From NCBI RefSeq assembly GCF_009914755.1, contig NC_060931.1: a DNA stretch of 64,000 nt; one strand, 5' to 3'. Position 1 is the stretch's first letter; every line of letters starts with the position of its first letter. The stretch comes from the human T2T-CHM13v2.0 reference genome, Homo sapiens. Made by a program: the position numbers and the translations under genes. The notes under the pieces were generated by a model. The model saw only the letters and a list, made by a program, of their open reading frames with translations. It searched no databases and was not told the DNA's origin. Shown in pieces: positions 13,159 to 33,360 of the stretch.

Positions 13159-13291
13159 GCAGCCAGAGACCAGAGGGAGCCGCAGCCAGAGACCAGAGGG
13201 GGCCGCAGCCAGAGGCCAGAGGGGGCCGCAGCCAGAGACCAGAGGGGGCCGTAGCCAGAGACCAGAGGGAGCCGTAGCCAGAGACCAGAGG
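13159..13291. repeat. 23-bp minisatellite, ~5.8 copies, unit g(c/t)agccagag(a/g)ccagaggg(a/g)gcc
   Basis: Units start at 13159, 13182, 13205, 13228, 13251 and 13274; head-to-tail with no spacers. Confidence 0.97.
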
Positions 13292-13792
13292 ATGCTGGTT
13301 GCACAGAACCTCTGGAAGGACGGGACTGACAGTGTTTCTGAAGATGCTGGTGGTCCACTTACAGGAGGGAGGGGCCCTGTGGACACCTCGGGAGCAAGCT
13401 GTGTGGGCTGGTGGCTGAGGACTGATTCTCCTCCACAAATGCCTGGGCACTTTGGAGATGGGAAAATCCTAATCAGAACAGAGTTCTGGTGGAATGGGGA
13501 CCTCGGTATGTAATGAAGATGGTGGACAAAAGGAATATTGTTGTTGCTGTTGTTTATCTCTCTTGAATTTTTGGGCTGAGCATCACAGCTACTATAGGAG
13601 GTAACCAAGTCTAGAATCAACAAACATACTTGTGAGTTGCTTATAACATGGATAGAGTACAGCCCTTTGAATCCAAGCCAATTCTTTTTCAAAACAATAC
13701 CAGTAATACTCTTGCAAAATAGGTGGAGAGAGGTGAGTTGTCTTCTCAAAATTCCTGTTGAATTAGGAAATGCCAGTAGCCTCTGATGACAC

Positions 13793-14229
13793 TGTGAAAA
13801 GAAAATAAAAACTTGGGATTTCCAATTCACTTTGCCAAAAGAAAAAATTAAGCTGAAAGCCAAGTCATGCAAGAAACTGCCTTTCCTTTTGTTCTTAAGC
13901 AAAGAGCTACAAACAAAAAGTTAAATTTCCCTCCAAGTACCTACTATATATTCACCTTATCTTGTGTAAAGTGCCGATGTGCTGAGTGTGAGAAGATGAA
14001 TGCATAAAGTTCCCCTACCTCCTCCTTTTTTTCTTGCATCACGTGGATTCAGTAATGTGACCATACCCTCCCTCTTTCCTCTCCAGCCTGCTTTGCCCCA
14101 TTGGTCATTGAAGTTCTCAGAATCATCTTTAAAGAAAGGCAGTAAGTTCCCCCTCAGGCATGTCTTTAACCTTGGCAAAATAAACTTCTGCATTGATTGA
14201 GACCTGTCTCAGATGCTTTTTGATTTACA
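13793..14229 (+). mobile_element. MER4-family (ERV1) solo LTR
   Basis: tgtgaaaagaaaataaaaacttggg ... aaccttggcaaaataaac ... gagacctgtctcaga ... tttaca; TG...CA termini. Confidence 0.8.
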
Positions 14230-14964
14230 GCAGTGAGTTGAAGAGTACTTCTATGTGCTGGCCAGCTCCTGGACAGACACCTGGTGATCAACACAGGAGA
14301 AGAGAGAGGGAGAAAGAGGGCAGGTGCAGCCTTGTTAGCATTGGCTGATAAGATTAGATTATCTACAGATTTCATGAGAAGCTTATCATGATGTTTAAGA
14401 CCCTTATGTTGGACTCTGAGTTTGTGAGATGGAAACTATTCGTAGAGAGTGAAGGTGAATCCACTAGCTCTAACCCAAACTCTGCTGTCCATCCAGGATA
14501 AACAAGGACCATCACAGCAGCTTCAAGGCACAGCTGATGCATTGTAGGCTTTTGGGAAGACAAACGAGTCATTTCTGCAGGCTCTGAGACAAGGCAAAGG
14601 ATGCTGGAGCCCCTCCAGATGGGCATGCCCCTCAATAGAGACACAGACGCAGAAGAGTTGTGCCTTGGAGTACTGCAGACTCCATAAGAGCTGGGGGAGC
14701 TCTTTTGAGCCTTGTTGTGGGACCATTTCTAAAGTTACCACTAAAAGATTACACAAGCTCACATGTTCAGTATTTTGGTTTTTCTTTGAGGCAATATGAC
14801 TGTTTCATGATAGATTAATCCCCAAAGAAACCACACTCCTAGTAATGCAGAATCCAAGGTGTATTGGAGGCTTGGTAGGTTGAGTATGGAGGTAGGATGG
14901 GACAGACATCACAGGAGACAGAGGAATGAGAGAACGGAGTCCATTTGGTTTTGCAAGAGTCAGC

Positions 14965-15828
14965 ATTTGCTTTTATCCAAAAGACAGGTAATAACAAGTC
15001 CTGGAGAGGATGTGGAGAAAACGGAACTATTGTATACAGTTGGTGAGAATGTAAATTAGTATGACCACTATGGAGGACAGTTTGGTGGTTTCTCCAGAAC
15101 AAAAAATAGAGCTACCATAGGATCCAGCAATCCCACTGCTGGGTATATACAAGGAAAGTAGCAGGGGAAAGAAGGGAAATTACTACATTGAAGAGATATC
15201 TCCACTCCCATGTTTATTGTAGCACTGTTCACAATAGCTGAGATTTGGAAGTAACTTAAGTGTCCATCAGCAGATGAATGGGTAAAAAAAACGTGGTACA
15301 TGCACACAATGGAGTACTATTCAGCCATAAAAAGAATGAGAGCCTGTCATTTGGAACGACATGGATGGAACTGGAGGTCATTATGTTAAGTGAAATAAGC
15401 CACGCACAGGAAAACATTGCATGTTCTCACTTATTTGTGGGGTGTAAAAACCAGAACAATTGAATTCATGGAGATAGAGGGAAAAATAATGGTTAACAGA
15501 GGCTGGGAAGGGTATAGTGGATGTTGGGGAGGTGGAGATGGTTAAATGAGTACAAAAAAAGTTAGAAAGAATGAATAAAACTAGTATTTGATAGCAAAAC
15601 AGGGTTACTATAGTCAAAATAATTTACTTACACATGAAAAAATAAAAGAGTGTAATTGGATAGTTTGTAACACACAGGATAAATGCTTGAGGGGATGGAT
15701 ATTCCCATTCTCCATGATGTGATTATTATGCACTGTGTGCCCATAACAAGTATCTCATATACTCCATAAATACATACACGTACTATGTACCCACGAAATT
15801 TAAAAACTAAAATTTTTTTAAAAAAAGA
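14965..15828 (+). mobile_element. 5'-truncated L1 3' end (L1MA2/3-like)
   Basis: ORF2 C-terminus and 3'UTR (tgcttgaggggatggatattcccatt...tactatgtacccac), followed by an A-rich tail. Confidence 0.88.
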
Positions 15829-15919
15829 GTTGATGTTTATTCCACTGCAGGGTTCCAAGAACAGAGGAGCCTGCCCTGCTTCCTGGCATGGAGGCCAAGA
15901 CACAGCATGTGGTGGAAGC

Positions 15920-16057
15920 AGCGCTCCTGTGATAACAGAGTTAATCCACTCACCAGGGTGGGCCCTCAAGACCCAAAGCCTCACCGCTCCACACCGCCAC
16001 AACGGCAACCAAGTTTCCAACACACGAACCTTCAGGGACCACATTTAAACCCAAGCA
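15920..16057 (-). mobile_element. MaLR LTR fragment (MLT1A/MST-like)
   Basis: aagtttccaacacacgaacc...acatttaaacccaagca terminus. Confidence 0.55.
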
Positions 16058-16380
16058 GAGGTTGATGTGATTGATAGGAAGGTGCCCATAGACAATCTTA
16101 GGATGCAAGATGACTTGAATGAAAAGGTTACAGAAATGTGTGAAGATAACTGGGGAAAGGTTATGAATTAATGGCTTCTTATATCTTCAGACCTCACCAC
16201 TTAGAGGGCAATAAACAATGCCCCTCATGTGGAAAGAGGATTGCATCAGGTAAAAAATTCAGCCTTTATAATGAGAGTTTAATGTCCTCTAGGTCTTATG
16301 TTGCTTCTGGATGAAGTGGCAATGGTCAGTTTCCAAATAGCATCCCTTAGTAGGCCAATTTCAGACTGATCTGAGTTCTT

Positions 16381-16811
<431 letters not shown>

Positions 16812-17324
16812 TGAATATGATATCTGCAGTTTGAAGATTCATTATGCAAACCAGCTTACTGGCGCTCAGAGTGTTTTTACGTAGGGAAATTATGTTAGCT
16901 TTACTGAATATTATCATTCCAGATGTATATAGACTCAGAACACATTTTTATTAGAGCATATTGTTGATTTTATCTGGTCCAGTTTCTCCAGTAGCTCTGG
17001 ATTAGGTAAATCCTAAGTCCTCCAACTCATTCAATTCCATCCACAGTCAGGCACACAAATCAATCCAATCTTCTCCACCACTGCTTTTCCAAAATAAATA
17101 ATCACTAATAAATCATCAGATGGGGGAAAGGATTGTCTCATTTTCCTGCAGCTCCCCCTGTCACCATCTTTTGCACATGTAGCAGGCCCACAGATCACTC
17201 CTACATCTTTACTCATGCTGTAACTCTCCTAGGAACCCCTTTCAGCATTATCACCTAGGTTTTAATGTACACATTAAGCCCTGATACTCTATGAAGCCCT
17301 TCCTAATTTCTTTCATTATTTTGT

Positions 17325-17582
17325 TAATAATAATGGCTAATACTTTGTGAACATTTGCTACGCATCATAAACTCTAATGAAAGCCCTTTTTATGCATTAT
17401 TTCACATAGCTATTAGTATTCAGTGAGAGTGGGTATGTGATTAACTCTCTAGACCTCAGCTTCCTGATCTGTAAAATGAGCATAAAAATCCTTACTGAGA
17501 CAGCACAGCTGGTGAGTAGCAGGGCTATGATTCAAACTCACTGCTGACCGACTCCAGAGCCTGCCTTCTTAAACACTATGCC
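17325..17582 (-). mobile_element. MIR with an inverted central core
   Basis: Both flanks are minus-strand MIR; 17428-17490 is the plus-strand core cctcagcttcctgatctgtaaaatg. Confidence 0.75.
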
Positions 17583-18382
17583 ATAGCCTGTCTCTCAAAA
17601 TTCATTCTCATATCCAAATTCCTGTAAAGTTTTTTATTAGACCAGTTTTAGAATTTAGTTATTTATCATCTATTTTAACATTCACTGCTGTATAAATGGC
17701 TTCTTTTTAATTAAGTTGTAAATTTAGAGCATAAGTTAAGACTATACAGATCTCTAAAAAAAGTACTTGTTTTCTTCTAGGTACTTGAGGACAATGATAG
17801 CTGCCTAAATCTACCACACCACAATGCAGAAGACTGCACAAGGGAAGAACCTTGAGAACCACATAAAACTCAGGCTCTGCTGCAAGCCTTTCTTGCAGGC
17901 AAAGGCAGTCTAATAAACATTTTTTAAAAATCTTGCATAGAAGAGAGAAGAAGGGAGTGAGCAGCATATCTAAAATCTTTCTGAAACCACCACTAGGATG
18001 ATAAAGTTATCCTAACTGTGAAAATACGGAAAAAAAGTGCATTACTGCATCACAGTGCTGATTACAGGGAAGAGACTTATAATACATGTGCTTTGAAGTG
18101 GCAGTCTTCAAAAGGTACAGCTTCTGAGAGAAAAAGATGAAAAACTAAGAGGGAGGCACTGCAGTGACTGGGTGGTAAAAAATAAAAGAAGTGGAAGGAA
18201 AAGTTACAGTCTTACAAGGCAAAGGGTAACATGAAGGTCAGAGGGTACATAACCACTTCCTGCATCAACAGAAATCTCATCCCTGAAAAAATGTAGACTG
18301 TTGCTATACAGACAGAGGAGGATGACAAGCCATTAAACTAGAAATCTTGTAAACCACCACTCATATGCAAAACGAATAGTAT

Positions 18383-19060
18383 TGAGAGGTGAAGCTAGCA
18401 GGGCTTCTTGGTCGAGTGTGGACTTGGAGAACTTTTCTGTCTAGCTAGAGGATTGTAAACGCACCAATCAGCACTCTGCATCTAACTAAAGGATTGTAAA
18501 TGCACCAATCAGCACTCTGTAAAATGGACCAATCAGCACTCTGTAAAGTGGAAGAATCAGTGCTCTGTAAAATGCACCAATCAGCAGGATGTGGGTGGGG
18601 CCAAATAAGGTTATAAAAGCTGGCCACCGGAGCCTGCAGGAACAACCCAATTGGGTCCTTTTCCATCCTGTGGAAGCTTTCTTCTTTCACTCTTCACAAT
18701 AAATCTTGCTGATGCTCACTCTTTATGAGCTGTAACACTCACCAGAGGGTCTGTGGCTTCATTCCTGAAGTCAGTGAGACCACGAACCCACCAACCCACG
18801 GGGAGGAACAAACAACTCCAGATGCACTGCCTTTAAGGGCTGTAACACTCACTGCAAAGGTCTGCGGCTTCACTCCTGAAGTAAATGAAACCACGAACCC
18901 ACTGGAAGGAAGAAACTCGGGACACATCTGAACGTCTGAAGGAACAAACTCCGGGCACACCATCTTTAAGAACTGTAACAGCTCACCACGAGGGTCCACG
19001 GCTTCGTTCTTGAAGTCAGCGAGACCAAGAACCCACCAGAAGGAACCAATTCTGGACACA
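18383..19060 (+). mobile_element. LTR12F-like (ERV9) solo LTR
   Basis: tgagaggtgaagc start, tandem caccaatcagcactctg units, ctgtaacactcacc U5 repeats, and ...aattctggacaca end. Confidence 0.93.
18460..18620 (+). promoter_or_regulatory. LTR12 U3 promoter: four CCAAT (NF-Y) boxes plus TATA
   Basis: CCAAT at 18464, 18505, 18529 and 18577; TATAAAA at 18612-18618; activity unknown. Confidence 0.55.
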
Positions 19061-21600
19061 GGGTGAAATGGAATAAGTCTATGCAAAGTTACCACAAAGA
19101 CACAAAAAGTGAGAATTAACACATTTCAGCTGGATGAAACTTCTCACCAGAAACAACCATGAAGAAAAATAAACATGTAAGAAATGATTCAAAATGAGTT
19201 AAATATACTAAAATCTCAAATCTGAAGAGCCACTTTGAATTAGAAATCTGAAAACTGAAAGCAAAAATAGAAAAAGCAGAAAAAAATGAACAGAGTTGAT
19301 TGAACTTAGCAAAGAAATGATAAAAAGAAGACAAAATCATCTCAGAGTGAAGAAGACCGAAATGGAAGATAATAAAGTGAATTGACGGAACGCAAGAAAA
19401 TAATCTGCAAATGAATATAAGGTAAAGGAAGATGTAAAAAGGCCCAGTAGAGACTGGTTGACTAGAGGATAAATAAGAAACAACATACATAAAATTGAAG
19501 TTATTGATGTAGAAAACCAAACAATAGAACAGAATTAATATTTAAATCTAATCCAGAAAACTTTCCAGTAATAAAATAACACAAATTTACATAATGAAGG
19601 AGATCACAGAATACCCGGGAAAATAAAGCAGGAATGACTGACGAACTTCAAGACATACTCTAGTAAAATCATTAGACTTCCAAGATAAAACAAGCACTTT
19701 TTTTATTAGACCAGTTTTAGAATTTAGTTATTTATTGTCTTTTAAAATTCACTGCTATATAAATGTCTTCTTTTTAACTAAGTTTTAAATTTAGAGCACA
19801 AGTCTAATCCCAATACTTTCAGGTAAAAACATTAAGTAACATATGAGAGAAAAATAAGCTGTAATTAGAATTCTTAGAAACAACATAAAAAGAAAGGCAA
19901 AGCAACAGTGGAACAGAATAAAAAAAATCCATGTGAAAGGAAATGTGGGAAAGGATCTTTATTTCCAGTCAAACTGTCTAAGTGCCAAGATTACAGAAAG
20001 CCATTTTAGACATACAGCAACACAGGGAATTGTGTGTCTAACGGGGGGTGAGCTTCATTGGAATAAGAGATGATTATAAAAATTTCAGCAAAACGACCAG
20101 TCGTCTGCATAACAATATAATTGTACATACAAGGCTAAAACAAAGGCAGAGGCAGGGAAGAAAGACTAGCATACAAATGTTACGTGTTATGAAAAACGGA
20201 AATAATATGACTTTAACAAAGAGAGGAAAAGATAGAGGGAAAGGAAAAATGAACCACCCGTTGTCTTTTAGAAAGTAGGTGGGGGTTGTAGTATATCACT
20301 AAATATTGATATATCAGATAGGAAAAAGTTAAATAAGAAAACAGCTGGTGCTACTGAAAAAAAAAACATAGGTACAAAGACAAACACTACGACAAAAATA
20401 CAAAATTCCTAAGTACAAAAGAGTAAAGGTTTTAAAAATAAAGAGCAAAACACAAATGCCATGCAGAGAAAAGAACAAAGCAAAAATAACATAATACTTA
20501 AAATATTATGACCAAGTTACTATTTGGAGTAGTAGTCATATTGACAATTATGAATGCACTGTTAAAATACAAAGATTTTAATTTGTTATGCAATGGAAGA
20601 CTTATCTAACAAGAGATACACCTGCAATGAAATACTTCAGAAAGGTTAAATATAAAGAGATGAAGAAGTATACCAGGCGAGTGAAAACAATGTGAGAAGA
20701 GATTGCTAATCCAAATATTACAATTGAAGTCTAAAAGTATTAAATGTGACAAATAAGGATGTTTTAAAATGCTAAACATAATTTTTAATGGAGATACAGT
20801 GGTAATAAACTTGTCTATACCACTTCACACTGTAACCATGTTTATGAAATAAAAATTACAGGAGATGTAACAGAAACACAAAGGAGATATCAACACATCA
20901 GTTTCAGTACAGGACAGATCATGTTGAAAAAAATCAGTGAGGATATGGAAGACCTAAGTAATATTATAAAGATAATCTGTGGATACATACCAAACTAGAT
21001 ATTCTCATAACAGAGAATATGCCTTATTCTCAAGTTTACATGGAATATTTACAAAAATTAACTGTATATTAACAAATAGAGTTCCAAGGAGTAAAATACT
21101 GTAAACAAATTTTTATTTTACAATACAATAAAACTCGAGATTATTAACAAAATCCTGAAAGAAAAAAGACCTCTCCATCTAGTAAAATTTTATTAAATAA
21201 CCCTTGGTAAAAGGGGAAATGCAAATTGATATTAAAGAATTTCTAAAAACTAATGATAGTGGAAACGACCTATCAAATCTATGTGATGTATTTAAAGCAG
21301 TGATTAGAAGAAAATTCATAGGACTAAACACTGATCAATAGAAATGAAAATAAATGAGTGAAGTATCAGTTCAAAAAACTAGGGATCCAAAGGAAACAAA
21401 GCAAACCAAAAGAAAGCACACAGAAGGAAATACTAACGTTAAAATCAGAGAATAAGAATGTAGAAAAGAGTGTACCAAATACATAAATTGAAACCTTTCC
21501 TTTTTTTTTTTTTCAAAAGTTAACAAACATCACAAAGCACCAGCTCCTTTAATTGAGAAAAGAAGAAAGCACGATGTACAAAATAATGACAAGGGGGACT
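19061..21600 (+). mobile_element. Ancient L1 (L1M4/5- or L1ME-class) ORF1-ORF2 region
   Basis: A-rich; ctagtaaaatcattagacttc (ORF1-like), aagagatacacct...aaaggttaaatataaag...tataccagg (endonuclease-like), aaagcagtgattagaagaaaattcatag; probably begins upstream of the LTR12. Confidence 0.75.
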
Positions 21601-21604
21601 AACC

Positions 21605-21932
21605 ACTGAAACGGTAAGGAAGTAGGGTATGCAGGATTGGGCAGAGGGAAAAACTGAACTGCAGTGTGGTTGCAACTGTGGCTCCAGCCAGTTCTGCCTG
21701 GAGTGCGGATGTATCTTCGAATTTCTCCCAGTTTGAAGCAAAGGGCTCTTCCTTTGTATCCCTGAATTGATAAGTCCTGACAGGTCATAACTGTGGCTGA
21801 TGCTGTTCCACGTGGCTGAGGGTAATTCCAGTGGGAAGTGCAGCTGTGAGCTCTCAGCCCATATTCTCAGCAGCTGGATTTGAGTGCAATGGCCCTGAGA
21901 AGGGGGTGTTGGTGAGCACAGTAATCTATGAT
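21605..21932 (-). mobile_element. LTR16A-like (ERVL) LTR fragment
   Basis: gcaggattgggcagaggga...ctgagggtaattcc...cagctgtgag...cagcagctgg. Confidence 0.65.
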
Positions 21933-22082
21933 TATCTTTGTGTTAAAGGACTGAATCTTTGTTCTTTAGTGCTCAAGCACATTAATTTTTTTACCACATA
22001 ATTTTTGTTTATTTTTGACCCTTCACAGCAATACATTTTGAAAATGTAACTTCCAAATGCTGAATGACTGATTTGAGAATTT

Positions 22083-28520
<6,438 letters not shown>

Positions 28521-28659
28521 GTAAACACATTAATTTTTCACACAGCAAACTGCTCTGTTCCCAGTAAAAATGTCCTAACCTTGTACTACCCTCCAAATGA
28601 GCTTGTTAATGAGGAATACAGATGAAAATGTCTCAGTCTCTGAAATCCTGAAGGCCATC

Positions 28660-29274
<615 letters not shown>

Positions 29275-29307
29275 TGTCAGCCTGGGAACTCCAGAAGGGA
29301 AGGAGTT

Positions 29308-29760
29308 TGCATTAGTGTCCTTGGGTTCTGGTAACAAAGCAGAACTGAGTGGCTCAACCACAGGAAAAGGTTGTCTTATGGTTCTGCAGGCTGGAGGTCT
29401 CAGACAGAAATGTTGGCGGGGGGGTTCCTTCTGGGGACTGTGAGGGAGAATCTGTTTTGTGCCTCTTCCCTATCTTCTAGTGGTTTTCTATCACTGGTGT
29501 TTTTTGGCATCTAGATGCATCATCCCAATCTCTGCCTTTATCTTCATATGGCGTTCTCCCTGTGTCATGTCTGTTTCTGTGTCCAGATTTCCCCTTTGTA
29601 TAAGAACAACAGTTATATTGGATTACGGTTCACCATAATGATCTTATTTTAACTTGATTACCTCAGTAAAGACTTTATTTCCAAATAAGGTCACTTTCCC
29701 AGGTCTTGGAGATTGGGACTTCAGCATATTTTGTGGGAGACAAAATTAAGCCCAATAACA
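29308..29760 (-). mobile_element. MLT1B-like solo LTR
   Basis: tgcattagt ... tatttccaaataaggtcac ... cccaataaca; TSD gagtt/gagtg. Confidence 0.8.
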
Positions 29761-29765
29761 GAGTG

Positions 29766-31410
29766 AAAACCTGAGGTCTGAGATTAGGGTGGGTGAGTAG
29801 ATGCTCTTGAGAAACTTCAGCATCCAGCATCTCTCGTATTGCTCGTCCTAAAGAAGTGGCCTATTCCATCTTGCTAAAAGATGGCTCCTTGCTTGAAGAT
29901 TATGCAGAGGTTTCAAAAGAGTCAAGTTTCTTAAAAGACAATGCCTTCCCCTTCAGGGTGTTTCTGGCAGCAATCTAATAACAAGTGTCAAATCCCAGCA
30001 GAGCCCAAAGAGGGTCATGCTGAGCTGCCAAGTGAGGAGGAGGCTCATAATCCGAAGTCCTCCAGGGTCTGCTAGCAGGCATGGGAGTTGTCCCAAGGGT
30101 GCTGGATCAAGGAGGGGCAGAACATAGAATTGGGTGAAGGAGAGGTTATGGACGTGGAAGCAATACCTTACAATAGAAGATATAACAACTGGCAAGGACC
30201 ATGGGAATGGGGCTGATATGTTGCCAGGATGGCTCTTGAAATTCTTGAGAAAATCAATGGCCCAGAGTAAGTGAAGTAGAAATGCCAGAGTTGTCATGAC
30301 AGATGGTAGAAGAAAGGATCAAAAGGACCAGATAATTGCACATACTAAGCCATGATTAACACAGTTTCCTCTCTTAGGTATGCATCTGAGGAGATGGCGA
30401 AGACATTTTTAACATCTTTATCAGGTAGGTGGATCAAAAACAGCTTATGTTTATGTGAAAAGCACAACAGTAAATGTTTAGAGTCTTTCTCTGCGGTTAT
30501 GTTACCTCTCCCACCATCTGTCATTTTATAGTCTGAAGATCCCTGGACCATCTAGGAATTGTCTATGATACTACATGGGTACACTCTATCTATGGCACCA
30601 TGTTAATCATGCTGGATGAACAAGAAATGGCAAATATGTTAGAGAACTTGATAAGGCATATGTTCACATTCTTCACAGGATGGAAAAATAAATGTTATGA
30701 AGGTTCAGGGATCTGTCACAGTCACAAAATTTGTAGGTGTCTGGAAGTCTGGGACTTGCTGGGACATCCCCTCTAAATAAAGGATGAATTGTTGAATCTA
30801 GTATTGCCCACAGTCAAGAAAGATGAGAAGAATTTGGCAGGCACCCAGGATTATGGAGTCAACATCTTTGGCACTTGGGAATACTGATTGTACCCATTTA
30901 GAGGAGACATGGAGGGTATGCATTTTTAAGTGGAACCTGAGCCCAGGCTGGCATCTACATCGTTTCCAGGCTGCAGCACAGCTGGTCCTTCCATTTTTGT
31001 CATTTGACCTGACAGATGTATGACCCTGTAGGTATCAAAAAGGTGGGAAAAGATGCTGTGTGGAACATTTGGCAAGCTTCAACTGGATAATCAGAATGTA
31101 TCTCTTTAGGATCTACTGGGAGCAAGGACATTACCAACCACAGGAGATAACTATAAAGCATTCCAAAAGTAGCTCCTGTCATGCCCTGTCCTGGGTTCTG
31201 CTAGAGGCACAGTGTTTGACCATGGAGCATCAAGTGACCAAGTGACCAGTGCCCCGTCATGAGCTGCATCGGGTCACACCCACAAAGACATAGGCAAGTG
31301 AGCCCAGAAGAAATTCATCATAAAACAGAAATGGTGCATGTAGGTTTAGGCAAGAACAAATCCAGCAGGTACAAGTAAGTTACATGAGCAGGTGGCCCAG
31401 ACCACATATC
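29766..31410 (+). mobile_element. Decayed ERVL-class internal sequence (gag/pol remnants)
   Basis: gag-like atggccca...gaaatgccagag...gtagaagaaaggatcaaaagg; RT-like ggtatgca...ggttatgttacctctcc and gggacatcccctctaaataaagga; no open frame. Confidence 0.65.
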
Positions 31411-31444
31411 TTCTATTATTGTGTTGGCACCTCTCCCCCAACTC

Positions 31445-31795
31445 ATCCCTCTAGCCACATTAGCTTAAAGTTGATGCTGCTTATTGGCTGGGAGTGCAAC
31501 AGGGTGATCAACTGGAGCCCTCACTGTGGCTTCTCCGTGTGGCTTGGGCTTCTCATAGCCTCATGGCTTATTCCAAGAGGGATGATCCCAAGTGCAAACA
31601 TTCCAGGCCTAGCTGCAAGGTTTCTTATGACCCAGCCTTGAAAGTCATGTGGTATCACTTCTGTAGCACACTACTAACCACAGAAGTCACAGACCTGGCC
31701 CAGATTCAGGAGGAGGGGAAATAGACTTTCCCTCTCAATGACATCTCAGTGGGACCAGTAGCAAAAAAATCTGTAGCCATTTTAAATTTACCACA
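31445..31795 (-). mobile_element. MLT1G/H-like LTR fragment
   Basis: ctccgtgtggcttgggcttctcatagc...cccagattcaggaggaggggaaatagac...ttaccaca. Confidence 0.7.
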
Positions 31796-32375
31796 GGTGC
31801 TGTTTTCCAGGGCAGCATAGACAGCCTAAATCAATGACTATTATATGACACAGCTGTGTCTTCATTTGGTGTAAGGAATGGAAAATAGAGATGACACCAC
31901 GTTCTCCATGGCTCTCTTCGACTCACTTGAAATTTCTGCTCTGGTCCCTGCAGTTTCATGCTGTACCTGTTAAGAGGTCCTGGCTTCCAGAAGGAAATTA
32001 CTTCCACCAGTGGACATGGTAAGAGTCTCATTGAACTTTCAGCTATGGCTGCTGCTTGATCACTTGGTGCCAATAAACCATCCAGAAGAGAAAAGTCACA
32101 ACCTGCAGGGAAAATTGACTCATTACCAGTGGGAGGTAGGCCTGCTGCCACACAGTGGACATAGGGAAGAATCTCTTTGGTGCTCAGTGATCCCAGTGCT
32201 ATACTCAAATGAGACAAACTTAATGTAAAAAGCAAGTTGATCTGTGAAGTGGAAGGGATTAACTTTAATGAAGACTGTGGTGCTTTGCCAAGATCCTTTC
32301 TTTAGAGATGATTTACCCATAGCCTGGTGGCTGGTGGCTCCCAGGTGCACCCTGTTCTATCATCATTATTCACCA

Positions 32376-32822
32376 TGTTGGTGGAGGAAGAATACCCAAC
32401 CCCTTCAATCGCACAAGGTAGCTGAACACATGACACCTTGTGCTGGACAGATGTGATCAACAGCAGTTTATTAGTTACATATACCCACAGCCTGCCTGGG
32501 GAAGATGACGCCACACACCAGGCAGGGCCACACGAGGGATGCACTCAAGAACAGAGTGGACCAGAGGGGCATGGAGGCAGGCTTTGTAGAAACAAGGGGG
32601 TGTGGTGGCCCCTGGTGCCTGTGGGAGGATGTTATTGGCTTGTTTGTTTCATGGAGTAGCAGGGGATGGAGACACGTGAGATTGGAGACTGATGGGGGAC
32701 ACTGGTCCAGCCAACGGGAACAAGCAAGGCAGGGAGCAGGGGAACTCATAGGGCTCCTTTGGGGCCTGGAAGCCTCAAAGATGGCAAAATAACACTTGAA
32801 ATTGTTTCTTCTTCACATTTGC
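32376..32822 (-). mobile_element. ERVL-class LTR (MER54/MER76-like; family uncertain)
   Basis: tg start; reverse polyA signal in cagcagtttattag; ggaggcaggctttgtag motif. Confidence 0.5.
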
Positions 32823-33140
32823 ATCCACCTGTGTAGGTGTTTCCAGTATTCAAATCCATCCTAACTAAAGGAAGAATTGTCATTGCAATGAACGCATTCC
32901 ATAGGTAAATTCTGAGGAGGGCATCCCCAAAATACAATGAACATTGTGTAGTCTCTTAAGGGAACTATAGTCAAATTAAAAAGCCTCAAAATCAAGAGGT
33001 GACTTTCTACCATGTCACTTTATAATCAGGAAGGAGATTTAGAAGGAAGAGAAAGATATACGCAGTAGACATAGAATAAAATAATTCATTAAAATCACCT
33101 TTATACATTCATTTATGAAGTTCAAAGTTACATGATAGAC

Positions 33141-33360
33141 CGGTGTTGGCAAGTTTTTTTTTTTTAAATACAGAGCTAGATAGTAAATATTTTAGGCTTT
33201 GTGGGCCATATGGTCTCTGATGACTCAGCTCTGCTGTTGTGCAAAAGCAGCCATGGATAAATAGTAAACAAATGGGCATGGTTGTCCTTCAATAAGACTT
33301 TACCTACACAAGCCGGTGGCAGGCTGGGCTGGGCCCAATGGTGTAGTTTATCAACCCATG
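33141..33360 (+). mobile_element. MER58A-like hAT-Charlie MITE
   Basis: agatagtaaatattttaggctttgtgggccatatggtctctg...aaatgggcatgg. Confidence 0.85.

Noticed and set aside
13159-13291. Short regular repeats as a possible CRISPR array
   Set aside because: The units are head-to-tail with no unique spacers, there are no cas genes, and the DNA is primate.
13135-13902. Longest ORF in the track (255 aa, minus strand)
   Set aside because: It starts at a non-ATG codon inside the MER4 LTR, has no internal Met, and its C-terminus is translated minisatellite with no recognisable domain.
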